Positions 40,139 through 52,572 of a stretch of DNA of 64,000 nt are shown here, one piece after another. The stretch is from Myxococcota bacterium (GTDB lineage Bacteria > Myxococcota_A > SURF-8 > G963663525). The notes under the pieces were generated by a model, which did not search any database, was not told the DNA's origin, and saw only the letters and a list, made by a program, of their open reading frames with translations. Made by a program: the position numbers and the translations under genes. Within the stretch, counting starts at the first letter, position 1; every line of letters begins with the position of its first letter. The DNA lies in contig CAXXVK010000060.1 of NCBI GenBank assembly GCA_963676915.2, positions 160,001 to 224,000 on the forward strand, given 5' to 3'.

Positions 40139-41281
40139 CTAAAACCCGAAAATGGCACCGAAAATTCCCAAGGGATTGTAGCTGCGCAACAAAAGCTGAT
40201 CCCCGTGGCCGATCATGGCGAATCCTGTGATCAAGCCAAGCACCGCCATTCCAATGAACAATCCTTTCAGCGCCGTAACGATGGTTTTGGATTTTTTCTC
40301 GGTCTCGCTTCCCGAAATCCGGGTACCGACGAAAGGATTGACCTTGAATCGCTTTCGCACGCCTTGTTTGCGTTCCTGCTGCTTTCGGTACTCGTCGAGC
40401 GTAAGTTCCATCGAGCCTTTTTGTTCTTCTTCCGGCTCGACTTCCACAAGCATCCGATAGGCATGGGGAATTGCAACGTGGGTCGCCTGGGGATCGTAGC
40501 CCTTTTCCTCGTCGTCCTGCGCTTTCGGTTTTTCCGGTTCTGTTTTTTTCGCGCCGACTTTGGACAGGGCTTCGTCGTCCATCGCCCGAAGATCCTTGGT
40601 GGCCGCCGTCAATTCACCCCGTTCCTCGAAAGCAAAATCTCCGCCGAAAATGCTTCCGGCAGGTTCGGGTGCGTCTTCGGGGGGAGGTGGTTGGGAATGT
40701 GAAGCGACACGCATCGAGGGGTCGGACCCGCTGGCGATTTCCTCGGCGAATTCGGAATACGCCGGTTGACTGGGTGATGAAGCCTCTCCCGGATTTTGAA
40801 AATCCTCCATAGGCATCTGAAGATCGAACGCGCTGGAACCGGTATCCGGCACCGGTAATTTCTGATCATCAATCGCATTCATATCGAGGCCGGTTCTGTT
40901 TTCGATGTCCAGCAACTGGCTGCCGGGCGTGAACTGGCTCATCATTTCTTCCTGGCTGATGGGTCCGGAAGATTCCTGCGGGGAGGCAAGATCGTAGTTT
41001 TCCGACGGATTACCGGAGAACATCTGACCGCCACTGAATGAGTCTTGATTCGAGGTTTCAGGAGGAGGGAACGACGGAGACGAGTTTTGTTGCGAAAAAT
41101 CGCCCAAGTCCTCGTCCGTAGCGAATTGCGAAGCCATGAAATCCGGTTCGGGCTCGGGTTCCGGCGGGTGAATCGTGAAAATGTTGCTGCAACTCAAGCA
41201 GCGGACACGGCTTCCTTCCGGTTTTATTTTACTATCGTCGAAACGAAACCGACTTCCACAATTAGGACATTGGACTTTCAT
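40139..41281 (-). CDS. Zinc-ribbon (MJ0042-type) protein with acidic linker and C-terminal TM
   Basis: MKVQCPNC...VRCLSC; long Ser/Glu/Pro-rich linker; hydrophobic C-terminus. Confidence 0.82.
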   Translation of the reverse strand: MKVQCPNCGSRFRFDDSKIKPEGSRVRCLSCSNIFTIHPPEPEPEPDFMASQFATDEDLGDFSQQNSSPSFPPPETSNQDSFSGGQMFSGNPSENYDLASPQESSGPISQEEMMSQFTPGSQLLDIENRTGLDMNAIDDQKLPVPDTGSSAFDLQMPMEDFQNPGEASSPSQPAYSEFAEEIASGSDPSMRVASHSQPPPPEDAPEPAGSIFGGDFAFEERGELTAATKDLRAMDDEALSKVGAKKTEPEKPKAQDDEEKGYDPQATHVAIPHAYRMLVEVEPEEEQKGSMELTLDEYRKQQERKQGVRKRFKVNPFVGTRISGSETEKKSKTIVTALKGLFIGMAVLGLITGFAMIGHGDQLLLRSYNPLGIFGAIFGF

Positions 41282-41657
41282 GGAATCCCTTCGACCTTTC
41301 ACGCACATCAAATACAACTATGCGAAAAACATCTCTTTTTACAATGATTTTACCCCGGAGTCAAGGTGGTCGGGTGTTTCGGAACCTCGTCACGAGGCGA
41401 AATTTCGAAAGATTACCGCTTGTTGGAGTGATGAATCAGGTGAAGAACCACCCAAAAAACGTAAGAATCCTCACTCGTCGCAGCAAAACGAGCGAGTTTG
41501 TTACTGCTCCTCTTACAGTTCCTTTCCTCCATGAAAGTCATGAAATTTGGTGTAAGAGAAGACTTGCGCTATACTTTGTCCGACGGGTTAATAAATTTTC
41601 AAATCATAACGTCCACTTGGTTGTGAATAGTAATCGTTTACGGGGGACGCAGATTTC

Positions 41658-42188
41658 ATGAAAAGCAAGACCAAACTCTTCTTGTTGCTGGCAGTTGTTG
41701 GGTTGTCTTGGTACAATTGGGATGATATTGACCAATGGATGGAGCAACGGGAAATCTCCGACTGGCAGTCGGAAGGCGATTTGAGAACCTCCTCCCGTAT
41801 CAAACGCCACGCCTGGAAAACCTGGCTGAAACTGAAAAAAGCCATCGAAAACAAACATGCGGAAACGGCCATGATAGACCGTGACCGATTGCTGATGGAT
41901 GCCAGCATCGCGGAAGCGGCGCTGATGTACGACAACGAAGTCGCAAAAGACGAGTATGAGAAGATAAAAGATCAGGAATTTTCCGTCCGGCAGTCTGCCA
42001 AAATTCTTCGGGTGAAAGTTTCGGTGATCAATGAAGCGATCGACGATGGGAAACTGAAAGCTTCGTACAAAAAACGGACTTATCGAGTCAACCGAATCGA
42101 CCTTGCCCGCTTTTGGAACAATATCGTCATCGAAGGGGAAGCGGACAAATATCCGGATGATCTTTCCACCGCGATTTTACAGCAATAA
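41658..42188 (+). CDS. Membrane-anchored protein with excisionase-like (HTH_17) C-terminal domain
   Basis: N-terminal KLFLLLAVVGLSW; FSVRQSAKILRV....I..GKLKA......YRV...DL motif. Confidence 0.6.
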   Translation: MKSKTKLFLLLAVVGLSWYNWDDIDQWMEQREISDWQSEGDLRTSSRIKRHAWKTWLKLKKAIENKHAETAMIDRDRLLMDASIAEAALMYDNEVAKDEYEKIKDQEFSVRQSAKILRVKVSVINEAIDDGKLKASYKKRTYRVNRIDLARFWNNIVIEGEADKYPDDLSTAILQQ

Positions 42189-42694
42189 CATTTCAGGGTC
42201 TGCACTTGCCTTGACCGCAGTCGGTCGAATAGTGGAAAACTTGAGTCTTCTCCAGTATTTTTTCGAGATAGACCATTGGATGATCGTCTTCCTGCATTAT
42301 CCGATTTCCCATTTAAAGATAAAATATATGAATGAATGTATCTTTTGTGAAATGATTGTGGAAAAGAAAAATACCCAGTTAAAAAAGTAAACAAAGTAGC
42401 ACTAACTTTCTTATTTTATTAGGTTTTTTGCCTTTATTTCACTGTTGAAAACCCACTTTCAACGCATTTTGGAAAAATCTTTCCACATTTTTTCCACAGG
42501 GTTACATTCCCACAACTGATTGATCTCTTTTCGAAAATGGCAATAGCTGTCTAAATTTTTTTGCAAATACACACGAAAAATAAATAAGGCTTCTTTGGGG
42601 AATTTCCCTATGGTGAATTTTGGGGAAAACACGTTTTCTGGATAGATATAGCCGGTATGATTTGGTTCCAGCGATAGAGAATCCTGGAAACGAA

Positions 42695-42782
42695 GGGTGA
42701 CACGGTCCAAGCGACGTGAAACGTCAGCTTGCCCGTGGTCGAACGATGATCGTGGGCAACCTGCGGTTCACCCATGCCACCC
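42695..42782. repeat. REP doublet (family B) copy 2
   Basis: GGGTGACACGG..CAAGCGACGTGAAACGTC.GCTTGCCCGTG ... GGGCAACCTGCGGTTCACCCATGCCACCC; homologous to 33504-33593. Confidence 0.72.
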
Positions 42783-42878
42783 ACAACGAAAAGGGTAAGG
42801 AGCGCTAAAGGCAAAGTATAACGGCTATGGCACTGTCGAAACTCATCCGAACACCGGATATTTCATAAAAATCGTCGC

Positions 42879-43060
42879 TAGCCCGGATAATTCATGAGAA
42901 ATCGTCACGAGACGCCGAAAACCGACGATCTTTCACGGAGTCAGGGCGGTTTTCACCTGCAGTCAAACGGAACAATCTGTCGAGGATGAAAACCGGGAAA
43001 CCGTTGAAATATCAATAGTTTTTAAGTCATAGCAGGTGTTTTATGGTTTTTTCTGGGTTG
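42879..43060. mobile_element. Diverged MITE copy 3
   Basis: TA-GCCCGGATAATTCATGA left end, shared GAGACGCCGAAAACCGA core, decayed right end. Confidence 0.7.
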
Positions 43061-43081
43061 CAGCACTTTTGGGGCTGACGT

Positions 43082-44182
43082 TCAGGCGACTCCGGCTTCC
43101 TGGGTCGAAGGAGTTTCTTTGCAGAGAATCAGCACTTTGGGCCAGATTTTCTCCAGTGGCAGGACGTGATCGACACCGCCGTGCTTGATGGCTTCATTCG
43201 GCATTCCGAAGACCACGCAGCTTTTTTCATCCTGAGCGACGTTTTTGGCACCGGCATCGTGCATTTCCTTCATGCCCTGTGCGCCGTCGTCGCCCATGCC
43301 CGTCATAATGACGCCTACGGCATTCGATCCGGCATAACGGGAGGCCGAACGAAACAGCACATCGACCGAGGGCCGGTGACGGCTGACCAACGGACCCTCG
43401 CGCACTTCCACGTAATATCGCGCACCACTGCGCTTGAGCAGCGTATGTTTGTTGCCCGGAGCGATCAACACGCGGCCCGGAACGACCGAATCGTTGTTGG
43501 CCGCTTCTTTGACGTTGACCCGGCAGATGCTGTTGAGCCGTTCCGCGAACGACGTCGTGAATTTTTCAGGCATGTGCTGGACGATCACCGTGCCGGGAGC
43601 ATCCACCGGCAGGGCTTCGAGGTAGACTCGCAAGGCTTCGGTGCCTCCGGTGGAGGCTCCGATCACCACCACTTTTTCCGTGGTTTGGATCAAAGCGCGA
43701 CTGTTGGCCTTGGATAGTACGGCGTCTGCCGAAAGCTTTTTCTCGGCACGCAACTGCACCGTAGGAAGAGGTTTGGGGCTGGTCATCGCGGCGGCTTTTA
43801 CGGCATCGCAGATCAGCATCCGGGACTCCTCGATAAACTTTCCTACACCAAGTTTCGGTTTGGTGATGATATCGACCGCTCCCAGTTCCAGGGCTTTGAT
43901 GGCGGTCGCCGCCCCTTTTTCAGTCAGGCTGGAGCACATCACGACCGGGATGGGATGCTGGTGCATCAGTTTCTTGAGAAAGGTCAAGCCGTCCATGCGA
44001 GGCATTTCGACGTCCAGCGTGATGACGTCGGGAACTTCCCTTCGCAATCTCTGCGCTGCAATGTAGGGATCTTGTGCGGTTGCCATGACTTCGATCCGGG
44101 GGTCGCTTTCCAAAACGGCGGTCATCGCTTGTCGTACCACCGCCGAATCGTCGATTACCAGCACTTTGATTTTATCGGGCAT
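43082..44182 (-). CDS. cheB: Chemotaxis protein-glutamate methylesterase CheB
   Basis: REC + GASTGG, VQHMP, HRPSVD, TGMGDDG. Confidence 0.97.
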   Translation of the reverse strand: MPDKIKVLVIDDSAVVRQAMTAVLESDPRIEVMATAQDPYIAAQRLRREVPDVITLDVEMPRMDGLTFLKKLMHQHPIPVVMCSSLTEKGAATAIKALELGAVDIITKPKLGVGKFIEESRMLICDAVKAAAMTSPKPLPTVQLRAEKKLSADAVLSKANSRALIQTTEKVVVIGASTGGTEALRVYLEALPVDAPGTVIVQHMPEKFTTSFAERLNSICRVNVKEAANNDSVVPGRVLIAPGNKHTLLKRSGARYYVEVREGPLVSRHRPSVDVLFRSASRYAGSNAVGVIMTGMGDDGAQGMKEMHDAGAKNVAQDEKSCVVFGMPNEAIKHGGVDHVLPLEKIWPKVLILCKETPSTQEAGVA

Positions 44183-44210
44183 GGGACTTTCTCACGTTCC
44201 AAGGAGTTGA

Positions 44211-45080
44211 TTATAAAGGCTTTCTGTAGACCGTCGGCGCAACCGTTTTGAAATCGCTGCTGACATTCGAAAGGGACTCCGAGTGCCCGAGGAAAAGGTA
44301 TCCGCCCGGCTGAAGCTGATTGTAAAACTTGCGAATCAGCTGCCGTTTCGTTTCGAGATTGAAGTAAATGATCACGTTTCGGCAGAAAATGACGTGCATT
44401 TTCTTTTTGATCCCGAACGAATGATCCATCAGGTTCAGTTGCCCGAAAGTAACCTTGGAGCGAATCTCGGGAAGTACTCTGTAGTATCCTTTGTAGTCCC
44501 CTTTACCGGCCATCAGATATTTGTAGCGATAGTTCGCGGGAATTTGCTGCACGAGATTTTTTGAATAAATGGCCCGTGTGGCCGCTTGCAAGACTTCCAT
44601 CGATATATCCGTGGCGAGAATCGAGTATTCCGATTTCAGCCGAAGCAGGTGATCGTTCAGAACCATCGAGAGGGTATAAGGCTCTTCTCCCGTCGAGCAC
44701 CCCGCGCTCCAGAAACGCAAACTGTCGTACGGTCGCCAAACGCCTTCTTTTTCCAGTGCGGGAAGCACCTGTTCAACAAGAATCCGAAAGTGGTCGTGTT
44801 CCCGGAAAAATTCCGTTTTGTTGGTCGTGATGGCGTCGATCAGCGATCCCAATTCTTGCTCGAATCCCTCTTTGTCCTGCAACAATAGGTAATATTCGTT
44901 GAAAGACTTCAGCCGTAACCGGCGCAAACGTTTGATGATTCGCGAGGCCACCATGGTCTTTTTGCCATCGGCCAGATGAATGCCTGTATGTTCGAAGATT
45001 ACTTCGCGAAACTGCCTGAAAAGGCGATCCGACATCGGCGGGATTCGAAACGATCCCGAATCTTCCGTAGTTCCAACCAT
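44211..45080 (-). CDS. cheR: Chemotaxis methyltransferase CheR
   Basis: TTNKTEFFRE, WSAGCSTGEEPY, IFCRNVIIYF, GHSES. Confidence 0.97.
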   Translation of the reverse strand: MVGTTEDSGSFRIPPMSDRLFRQFREVIFEHTGIHLADGKKTMVASRIIKRLRRLRLKSFNEYYLLLQDKEGFEQELGSLIDAITTNKTEFFREHDHFRILVEQVLPALEKEGVWRPYDSLRFWSAGCSTGEEPYTLSMVLNDHLLRLKSEYSILATDISMEVLQAATRAIYSKNLVQQIPANYRYKYLMAGKGDYKGYYRVLPEIRSKVTFGQLNLMDHSFGIKKKMHVIFCRNVIIYFNLETKRQLIRKFYNQLQPGGYLFLGHSESLSNVSSDFKTVAPTVYRKPL

Positions 45081-45180
45081 GGCTCGATCCTTTTTTTGCG
45101 GTCATTCAAGAACCGCCGAATCCTTCAAACGACTCGGAGCTTTTCCGTCGTCCGGTTTTTCGGCGTGGACTCTCTTCCGG

Positions 45181-45735
45181 TCATGCCGGCGGCTGCTGCT
45201 CCGTGGAGGTCGTTTCGACCTCTTCCGTTACGAGATCCGCCGACTGTTCGAGGACTTCCAGCTCTTCCAGCGACAGAACCTTGTCGATGTCGAGGATGAT
45301 CACGAAGCCGCTTTCACGCTTGCCCATTCCTTTGATGAACTCGGTTTTCAGCTTGGAACCCAGCTTCGGGGGAGGACCGATCAGGCTTTGATCGATATCC
45401 ACCACTTCGCTGACCGAATCCGCCAGAGCACCCACTTGCAGGCTGTCGCCGTTGATGTTGAGTTCGACGATCACGATGCAGGTGTCCGAGGTGCGTTGAA
45501 TCGCGTCCATCCCGAGATTCTGCCGCAGATCGATCACCGGGACGACATTGCCGCGCAGGTTGATCACACCGCGTAAAAAGTCGGGCGTACGGGGAACCTT
45601 GGTAATGTGCGTGAAATCGAGCACTTCACGAACTTTTGAGATTTCCAGGGCGAAGTCTTCCTCGCCCAGACGAAAAGTCAGGAATTGATTGACCAGGTTC
45701 GTGGAATCGTTTTGGATTTCCATTTTTTCCTCCAT
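45181..45735 (-). CDS. cheW: CheW
   Basis: FLTFRL, VREV, GVINLRGNVVPVIDLR. Confidence 0.96.
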   Translation of the reverse strand: MEEKMEIQNDSTNLVNQFLTFRLGEEDFALEISKVREVLDFTHITKVPRTPDFLRGVINLRGNVVPVIDLRQNLGMDAIQRTSDTCIVIVELNINGDSLQVGALADSVSEVVDIDQSLIGPPPKLGSKLKTEFIKGMGKRESGFVIILDIDKVLSLEELEVLEQSADLVTEEVETTSTEQQPPA

Positions 45736-45750
45736 TGACGTTGAAAAGGG

Positions 45751-47796
45751 TCAATATCGTTCGAAATTATCGTCCGAAACATCCGGATCGGTTTCGAGAT
45801 GAAGTTGTATGCCTTTGCCTTTGTTTTGGCCGTTTGCCTTGTTTGATGCGTAGGTTTTGTGCTCAATATGAGCGACTTTCTTTGGTTGTCGCTGCTTCGG
45901 GTTCTCATCGTCGTAATAAAGATGGTGATGGTCCAACTTGAAGAAAGCCACCTGCTCGTTCATGCTGATCGCCTGGCTCGATAATTCTTCACTGGTGGCG
46001 GCCATTTCTTCGGTGGCGGAAGCGTTTTGTTGGATCACCTGGTCGAGTTGATGAATCGCTTTCGTCACCTGCTCGATACCATTGGCCTGTTCGTTACTAC
46101 TTGCGTTGATTTCCTTCACGAGGTCTGAGGTTTTCTGGATCACCGGCACGATTTCGCCGAGCAGGGCACCGGCTTTTTCGGAGATCTCTACACTGGACAC
46201 CGACAACTCGCCGATTTCCTTGGCGGCGCTTTGGCTGCGTTCAGCCAGCTTGCGGACCTCGGCGGCTACCACGGCAAATCCCTTGCCATGCTCTCCGGCG
46301 CGGGCGGCTTCGATGGCGGCGTTCAACGCCAGCATGTTGGTCTGTCGGGCGATCTCTTCGATAATGTTGATCTTCTCGGCGATACTTTTCATGGCATTGA
46401 CGGTTTGAGACACCGCCGCACCACCTTCTTCGGCATCCTCAGCCGCCTTCTGGGCAATAGAAGCCGTTTGCTGGGCGTTATCGGCATTTTGCTTGACTGT
46501 GGAACTCATTTGTTCCATCGAACTGGAGACTTCCTCGACGTTCGATGCCTGTTCGGAAGCACCTTGGGCCATCTGTTGTGAAGAAGAATTGACCTGTTCG
46601 GAGCCGACTGAAACCTGTCCTGCTGCGTTTTGAACCTCGGTGACCACTCTTGTCAGGTTGCCTACCATGACCTTTAAGGAGTTGGCGAGATCTCCGATTT
46701 CGTCGCGCTTGTCGATATCGATTTTGACCTTCAGGTCACCGTTGGCGATTCTATCGGCAATTTGCGATAAGCTGTTGATAGGACGGGAAAATCCACGAGC
46801 CGCGAACAGTGCAAAACCGGTAATCAACAACGATATCACGACCAGCAATAAAATGACGTCGTTGCGCATGGCATACAGCGGAGCCAGCGCTTCGGCCTCG
46901 TCGATCTCCGAAAGAATCACCCAGTCCACGCCTTTGATATCGACTTTGGTAAAAGCTCCATACACCGGAATCCCCCTGTAATCGGGATACAACTCGGTGT
47001 CACTGAAACCTTTCATCGCTTTTTCGACGCCGGCGGTCTGGATTTTCTTCTTCAAGATGGTGCTGTCCTGTTCGAAACGACTATCCGAGCGCATCTTGTA
47101 GTCCGCGCCCACAAGATAGGTTTCTCCCGACTCTCCCATTCCTGTTTTTTCCTGCATGATTTCGTTGATTGCACCGATCGGCATTTGTAAGGCAACCGCG
47201 CCAAGAACTCTGTCATTTTTCAGAATGGGAGCAGCGATAAACGATGCAGCCACACCGTTGCTTGGAGCGTAGGATTCGAAATCCGTCAGTAGGATTTCAC
47301 CGGACATGGCATTTTTAAATGTCTTGGCCAATCCACTGCCACGATACTGACCTTTTAACAGGTTGCTCGCAAAATCGGCCTCGTGCTCGACCGTAAACAC
47401 CACATCGCCTTCGGCAGTGATCAGAAACAGGTCATAGTACCCGTATTCTTTCTCGTAATGAGAGAGCAGGTCTTTAAAGGTGGTATCGGCTTTTTGATAC
47501 AGTTCCCCTTCAACTCCACCGTTTTTGAAAGCATGTTCATACGTTTGTAGGGCTTCGGAAATATCGTGAAATGCAGCAAGTACGGTAACGTCGCCGTAGC
47601 GTTCTTCAAACCAGCTTTCGATTTGATGCCTTTTGATTGTCATAATCGCTTCGAGCTTGCTTTTAACATCGTCATCGATGGTCTTGCTTGTTTGCAGGTA
47701 GTTCGAGGTAGACGCCAACAGCATCGGGATCAATCCGACCAGTAGGAACATCAGGATCAGTTTCGGGCCGATCTTCAAATTGCGAATGAGATTCAT
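45751..47796 (-). CDS. Methyl-accepting chemotaxis protein (Cache-type sensor, HAMP)
   Basis: 2 [19 protein letters not shown] Cache motifs, [30 protein letters not shown]; C-term NFERY. Confidence 0.95.
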   Translation of the reverse strand: MNLIRNLKIGPKLILMFLLVGLIPMLLASTSNYLQTSKTIDDDVKSKLEAIMTIKRHQIESWFEERYGDVTVLAAFHDISEALQTYEHAFKNGGVEGELYQKADTTFKDLLSHYEKEYGYYDLFLITAEGDVVFTVEHEADFASNLLKGQYRGSGLAKTFKNAMSGEILLTDFESYAPSNGVAASFIAAPILKNDRVLGAVALQMPIGAINEIMQEKTGMGESGETYLVGADYKMRSDSRFEQDSTILKKKIQTAGVEKAMKGFSDTELYPDYRGIPVYGAFTKVDIKGVDWVILSEIDEAEALAPLYAMRNDVILLLVVISLLITGFALFAARGFSRPINSLSQIADRIANGDLKVKIDIDKRDEIGDLANSLKVMVGNLTRVVTEVQNAAGQVSVGSEQVNSSSQQMAQGASEQASNVEEVSSSMEQMSSTVKQNADNAQQTASIAQKAAEDAEEGGAAVSQTVNAMKSIAEKINIIEEIARQTNMLALNAAIEAARAGEHGKGFAVVAAEVRKLAERSQSAAKEIGELSVSSVEISEKAGALLGEIVPVIQKTSDLVKEINASSNEQANGIEQVTKAIHQLDQVIQQNASATEEMAATSEELSSQAISMNEQVAFFKLDHHHLYYDDENPKQRQPKKVAHIEHKTYASNKANGQNKGKGIQLHLETDPDVSDDNFERY

Positions 47797-47933
47797 GGTT
47801 TTTTCTCCTTTTGTGTTTTCAGGCTGTTGAAGAACGCCATAACCTCTGATGTCAAAAAATCGCTACTGACGCTAACGTTCCACCTTCCCCTATTTTGTTC
47901 GCGGACCGCCCCTTGACGGTCCGCTCCCTTCCA

Positions 47934-50039
47934 TCACATCCTTTCGAAATCATGATCCGAAATGTCCGGATCGTTCGAGAAGTCCAGGTTCAAGCCCTGG
48001 GTTTTTCTATTGCCATTGCTTTTTCGAGCAACCGATTCGATCTTTTTCGTGGGTTTGATCACGGAGTCGCTCATTTGCATGGAGTGAGATCCCAGACCCA
48101 GCTTGAAGAACGAAACCTGATCGTTCATGTTGACCGCCTGCCCGGAGAGTTCCTCGCTGGTGGCGGCCATTTCTTCGGTGGCGGAAGCATTTTGCTGGAT
48201 CACCTGATCGAGTTGATGAATGGCCTGCGTTACCTGCTCGATGCCGTTGGCCTGTTCGTTGCTGCTGGCATTGATTTCGCGCACCAGATCGGAGGTTTTC
48301 TGGATCACGGGCACGATTTCACTGAGTAAAGCCCCTGCCTTTTCGGAAATTTCCACGCTGGAGACCGATAACTCGCCGATTTCCTTGGCGGCGCTCTGGC
48401 TGCGTTCAGCCAGCTTGCGGACCTCGGCGGCTACCACGGCAAACCCTTTTCCGTGTTCTCCGGCGCGGGCGGCTTCGATGGCGGCATTTAGCGCCAGCAT
48501 ATTGGTTTGTCGAGCGATCTCTTCGATGATGTTGATTTTCTCGGCGATGCTCTTCATGGCATCGACGGTCTGTGTCACCGCCGCTCCACCTTCTTCGGCA
48601 TCCTCGGCGGCTTTCGAAGCGATGGAAGCGGTTTGCTGAGCGTTATCGGCATTTTGCTTGACCGTCGCACTCATTTCCTCCATCGAGCTGGTGACTTCCT
48701 CCACGTTGGCGGCCTGCTCGGAGGCACCTTGCGCCATTTGCTGCGAGGACGAATTGACCTGCTCGGAACCGACGGCAACCTGGTTGGCGGCGTTTTGTAC
48801 ACCCGTGACGACTTTGGTCAGGTTTTCCACCATATCTTTGAGAGAAATCGACAGCCGGTCCGCCTCGGAACGAGGATTGATGGCGACCGTCAGATTGCCC
48901 TGGGCGACATCTTCGACGAGATCGGCCATGGCACGCTGGGCTTCCACCATGTCTCGGAATGAATCGGCCAACTCGCCGATTTCGTCTTTGCTGTTGACTG
49001 CGATGGTCAGATTCATATCGCCGACGGCCAGTTCCTTGGAGGCATGGACCATGGTGCTCAGCGGGTTGACGATCGCCCGGCTGATGCGGAACGATAGGAA
49101 AACCCCGACAATCAACGCCACCAACGCGGCGACGAGGCTGATTGTGATGGACCGCTCGTTTTCACTCAGCATCTGAGGGCCAAGAATATCTTGCTGGTTT
49201 TTGTTGGCAAGTTTGACTTCTTCGGCCAGCGAAGCCATTTTCGGACCCAAGGTGTCCATGGTATAGGCCACGATCTTATTGCGGTCGAAAATGGTTTTTG
49301 CCAATGCAGTAAAGGCCGCTTCGTATTTTTCTTTATCTTTCATCACACTAGCCAGGTGCTCCCGGCGGTCGCGGTTTTGCAACTCGTCGTCCAATACTTT
49401 CAGGTACTTATGGAATTCACTCAGCTCTTTTTCCACCCGTGTAACGTGGCTTTGCTCGTTGTTTTCGAGGAACTTGATGACGTACAGCCGAGCCAACAAC
49501 AGGTTTCGCAGTCCGAGACTGGCGTTGTATGCTGCCAGCATATCGTTGTCCCGTTTTGCCGTGGTGATGATGTCGGTCAGGTTCCGTTCCATTTTCGGAC
49601 CGGCGACGTTCAGCACCTCTTCCTCCAGCTGGCGACGCTTTTCTTGTTTCTCCACGACCTGATGAAAAGCATTGTCGTACGTTTTGGAATCTCCCTGCAT
49701 GGTCAACAGTTTGTTCTTTCGTTCCCCTTCTTTTTGTTCTTCGAGAGCGGTGGCCACGAAATTCTCTACTTGGCTCCAACGTTCCTCGTATTTTTGCTTT
49801 GCTTCGTCGGTTCCGGTGATGAGGAAGTTTTTCACCTCCATCCGTGCTTCGAGAAGGTTGGCTTGAATCCTCCCCATCAGGTTCGTACTGCGGGCGACAC
49901 CTCGATAGGTTGTGAATCCGGTACACGCATTGGACAACGAGAAACTACCCACGGCGGCGATGATGATCAGCAGCCCGATCACGATGCCGAAACCGGTACG
50001 GATTTTCGATGCAACAGACATGTTGTTGAAATTGAACAT
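47934..50039 (-). CDS. Methyl-accepting chemotaxis protein (long helical periplasmic sensor)
   Basis: 2 TM, HAMPs, MCP signalling hairpin; C-term DFERM. Confidence 0.95.
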   Translation of the reverse strand: MFNFNNMSVASKIRTGFGIVIGLLIIIAAVGSFSLSNACTGFTTYRGVARSTNLMGRIQANLLEARMEVKNFLITGTDEAKQKYEERWSQVENFVATALEEQKEGERKNKLLTMQGDSKTYDNAFHQVVEKQEKRRQLEEEVLNVAGPKMERNLTDIITTAKRDNDMLAAYNASLGLRNLLLARLYVIKFLENNEQSHVTRVEKELSEFHKYLKVLDDELQNRDRREHLASVMKDKEKYEAAFTALAKTIFDRNKIVAYTMDTLGPKMASLAEEVKLANKNQQDILGPQMLSENERSITISLVAALVALIVGVFLSFRISRAIVNPLSTMVHASKELAVGDMNLTIAVNSKDEIGELADSFRDMVEAQRAMADLVEDVAQGNLTVAINPRSEADRLSISLKDMVENLTKVVTGVQNAANQVAVGSEQVNSSSQQMAQGASEQAANVEEVTSSMEEMSATVKQNADNAQQTASIASKAAEDAEEGGAAVTQTVDAMKSIAEKINIIEEIARQTNMLALNAAIEAARAGEHGKGFAVVAAEVRKLAERSQSAAKEIGELSVSSVEISEKAGALLSEIVPVIQKTSDLVREINASSNEQANGIEQVTQAIHQLDQVIQQNASATEEMAATSEELSGQAVNMNDQVSFFKLGLGSHSMQMSDSVIKPTKKIESVARKSNGNRKTQGLNLDFSNDPDISDHDFERM

Positions 50040-50355
50040 GATTTTTACCTTTCTGCTAAAATTGCGGTGAAGTAGCGGAAGGGACTTTCTGTTGCATGAA
50101 AATCTTGGGAGTTTATTCTTAGAACATCCCTGTCCTTTAAAGAATGCGTTGACTTTTCAACCGTTTTGTTCCCCCCAAATGTCTCGGACTCTCAGTGCTT
50201 CTATCCTTGAAGCGTCGTGCGTCTCCTTTCCTGGTTTTGACCTTCGAAATTTTCCAAATTCCGTTCACTGTTGTTGAATGCATTGGTGTTGATTTCCGCA
50301 TGTTGTTTCTGTGATGTCGTTTCGTGAACCGCCCTTAAAGGGCGGTTCGTATGTC

Positions 50356-52572
50356 TTAAATCCTTTCGAAATCGTCGTCCGAAATATCCGGATCGTTCCC
50401 AAGATCGAGTCTCAATCCATGTTTTGGGTCTTTGAGGGATTTTGACCCGTTGGTTTTTGCTGGAGTAACCGTTGTATTCGATGCCCTGAAGGCTTGATGC
50501 GATCTGCCGTTCGACAGTTTGAAGAACGCCACCTGCTCGTTCATACTGATGGCCTGACTGGACAATTCCTCGCTGGTAGCGGCCATTTCTTCGGTCGAAG
50601 CGGCGCTTTGCTGGATCACCTGGTCCAGCTCGTGGATGGCCTGGGTTACCTGTTCGATACCGTTGGCCTGTTCGTTGCTGCTGGCGTTGATTTCACGTAC
50701 GAGATCGGAGGTTTTCTGGATCACCGGCACGATCTCTCGTAGCAATCCGCCCGCCTTTTCGGCGATTCCCACGCTGCTTTCGGAAAGTTCGCCGATCTCT
50801 TTCGCGGCAGTCTGGCTACGCTCGGCCAGCTTGCGGACTTCGGCGGCCACCACGGCGAACCCTTTGCCGTGCTCCCCGGCGCGGGCGGCTTCGATAGCGG
50901 CGTTCAACGCCAGCATATTGGTCTGGCGGGCGATCTCTTCGATAATATTGATCTTTTCGGCGATGCTTTTCATCGCTTCGACGGTCTGCGTTACCGCCGT
51001 GCCGCCTTCCTCGGCATCCTCGGCCGCTTTCGAGGCGATGGACGCGGTTTGCTGGGCGTTGTCGGCATTTTGCTTGACGGTGGCGCTCATTTCCTCCATC
51101 GAACTGGAAACCTCTTCCACGTTCGATGCCTGTTCCGAAGCGCCTTGCGCCATGGACTGCGAGGACGAATTGACCTGCTCGGAACCCACCGCCACCTGAT
51201 TGGCCGCCCCCTGGACTTCGGTCACGACCTTGATCAGGTTGAGCACCATGTCATTGAGGGAAATGGCCAGCATATCGGATTGGGAACGGGGCTTGATGTC
51301 TACCGTAAGGTTACCCTGGGCCACCTGTTCCACAAGATCGGCCATCGCCCGCTGAGCTTCCACCATTTCCTGCAAAGAGAACGCAAGTTCGTCTTTGTTC
51401 GAACGAGCTTGGACGTCATGTGACAAATCCCCTTTGGCTACATCGCTGACGAGATTCGTCATTTTCCGCTGGGCTTCCACCATGTCCCTGAACGATTCGG
51501 CCAACTCGCCGATTTCATCCTTGCTTTTGAAGTCGATCTTTAAATTCACGTCGCCGACGGCCAGTTCCTTGGAGGCTCCGACCATGGCAATCAGGGGATC
51601 GACAATCGCCCGGCTGATACGAATGGAAAGGAAGATACCAACGATGAGAGCCACGATGGCTGCAATAACACTGACAATGATGGAACGTTCGTTTTCCGCC
51701 ACCAGCTTCGGACCTAAAACATCCTGCTCGTTTTGGTTGGCGAGCTTGATTTCCTCAGCCAGTGAGGCCATGCCCGGTCCCAGAACGTCCAACGTGCTGG
51801 TAACGATTTCATTGCGTTTGATAATAGTTTCTGCGACCGAATCGAAAGCGTTTCGGTATTTTTCCTGGTTCTGGCTTACAGATGCCAAGTGTTCCCGGCG
51901 GTCGCGATTTTGCAGTTCGCTGTCCAGCACCTTTAAATAAGATTCGAATTGGCCCAGTTCTTTACCGACACGGTCGACGTGGCTTTGTGCGTTATCTTCC
52001 AGGAATTTAACAACATACAGTCGTGCCAGTAGAAGGTTCCGCATGGCGAGACTTGCGTTATAGGCCGCCGTCATATCGTGATCGCGATTGGCCGTAGTGA
52101 TGATGTCCGTCAAGTCGCGTTCCATCTCGGGACCGACAACGTTCAATACTTCATCTACCAGGTGATGGCGCTTGTCTTGTTTGACAACGATTTGCTCGAA
52201 GGCATTGTCATAGTTTTTCGCGTTTTTATCCATCTCCAGAAGCTTGTTTTTGCGCTCCCCTTCATGTTGATTTTCAGTAGCCGTTGTAATGAACTCTTCT
52301 ACCTTGGCCCAACGCTCTTCAAACTTCTGCTTCGCTTCGTCGGTTCCGGTTATGAGGTAGTTTTTCACCTCCATCCGGGCTTCGAGGAGATTGGCTTGAA
52401 TCCTCCCCATCAAATTCGTGCTGCGCGCAATGTTCCGGTAGGTTCCGAAACCCTCCGAGGCGTTGGATAACGCCAGGCTGGCGACAGCGGCGACGATGAT
52501 CAGCAAGCCGATCACAATGCCGAAACCGAACCGAATTTTGGACGCAACTTTCATGTTCTTGAAATCCACCAT
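50356..52572 (-). CDS. Methyl-accepting chemotaxis protein, paralog of 47934-50039 with an extra HAMP-like repeat
   Basis: Shared [22 protein letters not shown] sensor; duplicated MVEAQR..LV..VA.G.L unit; C-term DFERI. Confidence 0.95.
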   Translation of the reverse strand: MVDFKNMKVASKIRFGFGIVIGLLIIVAAVASLALSNASEGFGTYRNIARSTNLMGRIQANLLEARMEVKNYLITGTDEAKQKFEERWAKVEEFITTATENQHEGERKNKLLEMDKNAKNYDNAFEQIVVKQDKRHHLVDEVLNVVGPEMERDLTDIITTANRDHDMTAAYNASLAMRNLLLARLYVVKFLEDNAQSHVDRVGKELGQFESYLKVLDSELQNRDRREHLASVSQNQEKYRNAFDSVAETIIKRNEIVTSTLDVLGPGMASLAEEIKLANQNEQDVLGPKLVAENERSIIVSVIAAIVALIVGIFLSIRISRAIVDPLIAMVGASKELAVGDVNLKIDFKSKDEIGELAESFRDMVEAQRKMTNLVSDVAKGDLSHDVQARSNKDELAFSLQEMVEAQRAMADLVEQVAQGNLTVDIKPRSQSDMLAISLNDMVLNLIKVVTEVQGAANQVAVGSEQVNSSSQSMAQGASEQASNVEEVSSSMEEMSATVKQNADNAQQTASIASKAAEDAEEGGTAVTQTVEAMKSIAEKINIIEEIARQTNMLALNAAIEAARAGEHGKGFAVVAAEVRKLAERSQTAAKEIGELSESSVGIAEKAGGLLREIVPVIQKTSDLVREINASSNEQANGIEQVTQAIHELDQVIQQSAASTEEMAATSEELSSQAISMNEQVAFFKLSNGRSHQAFRASNTTVTPAKTNGSKSLKDPKHGLRLDLGNDPDISDDDFERI

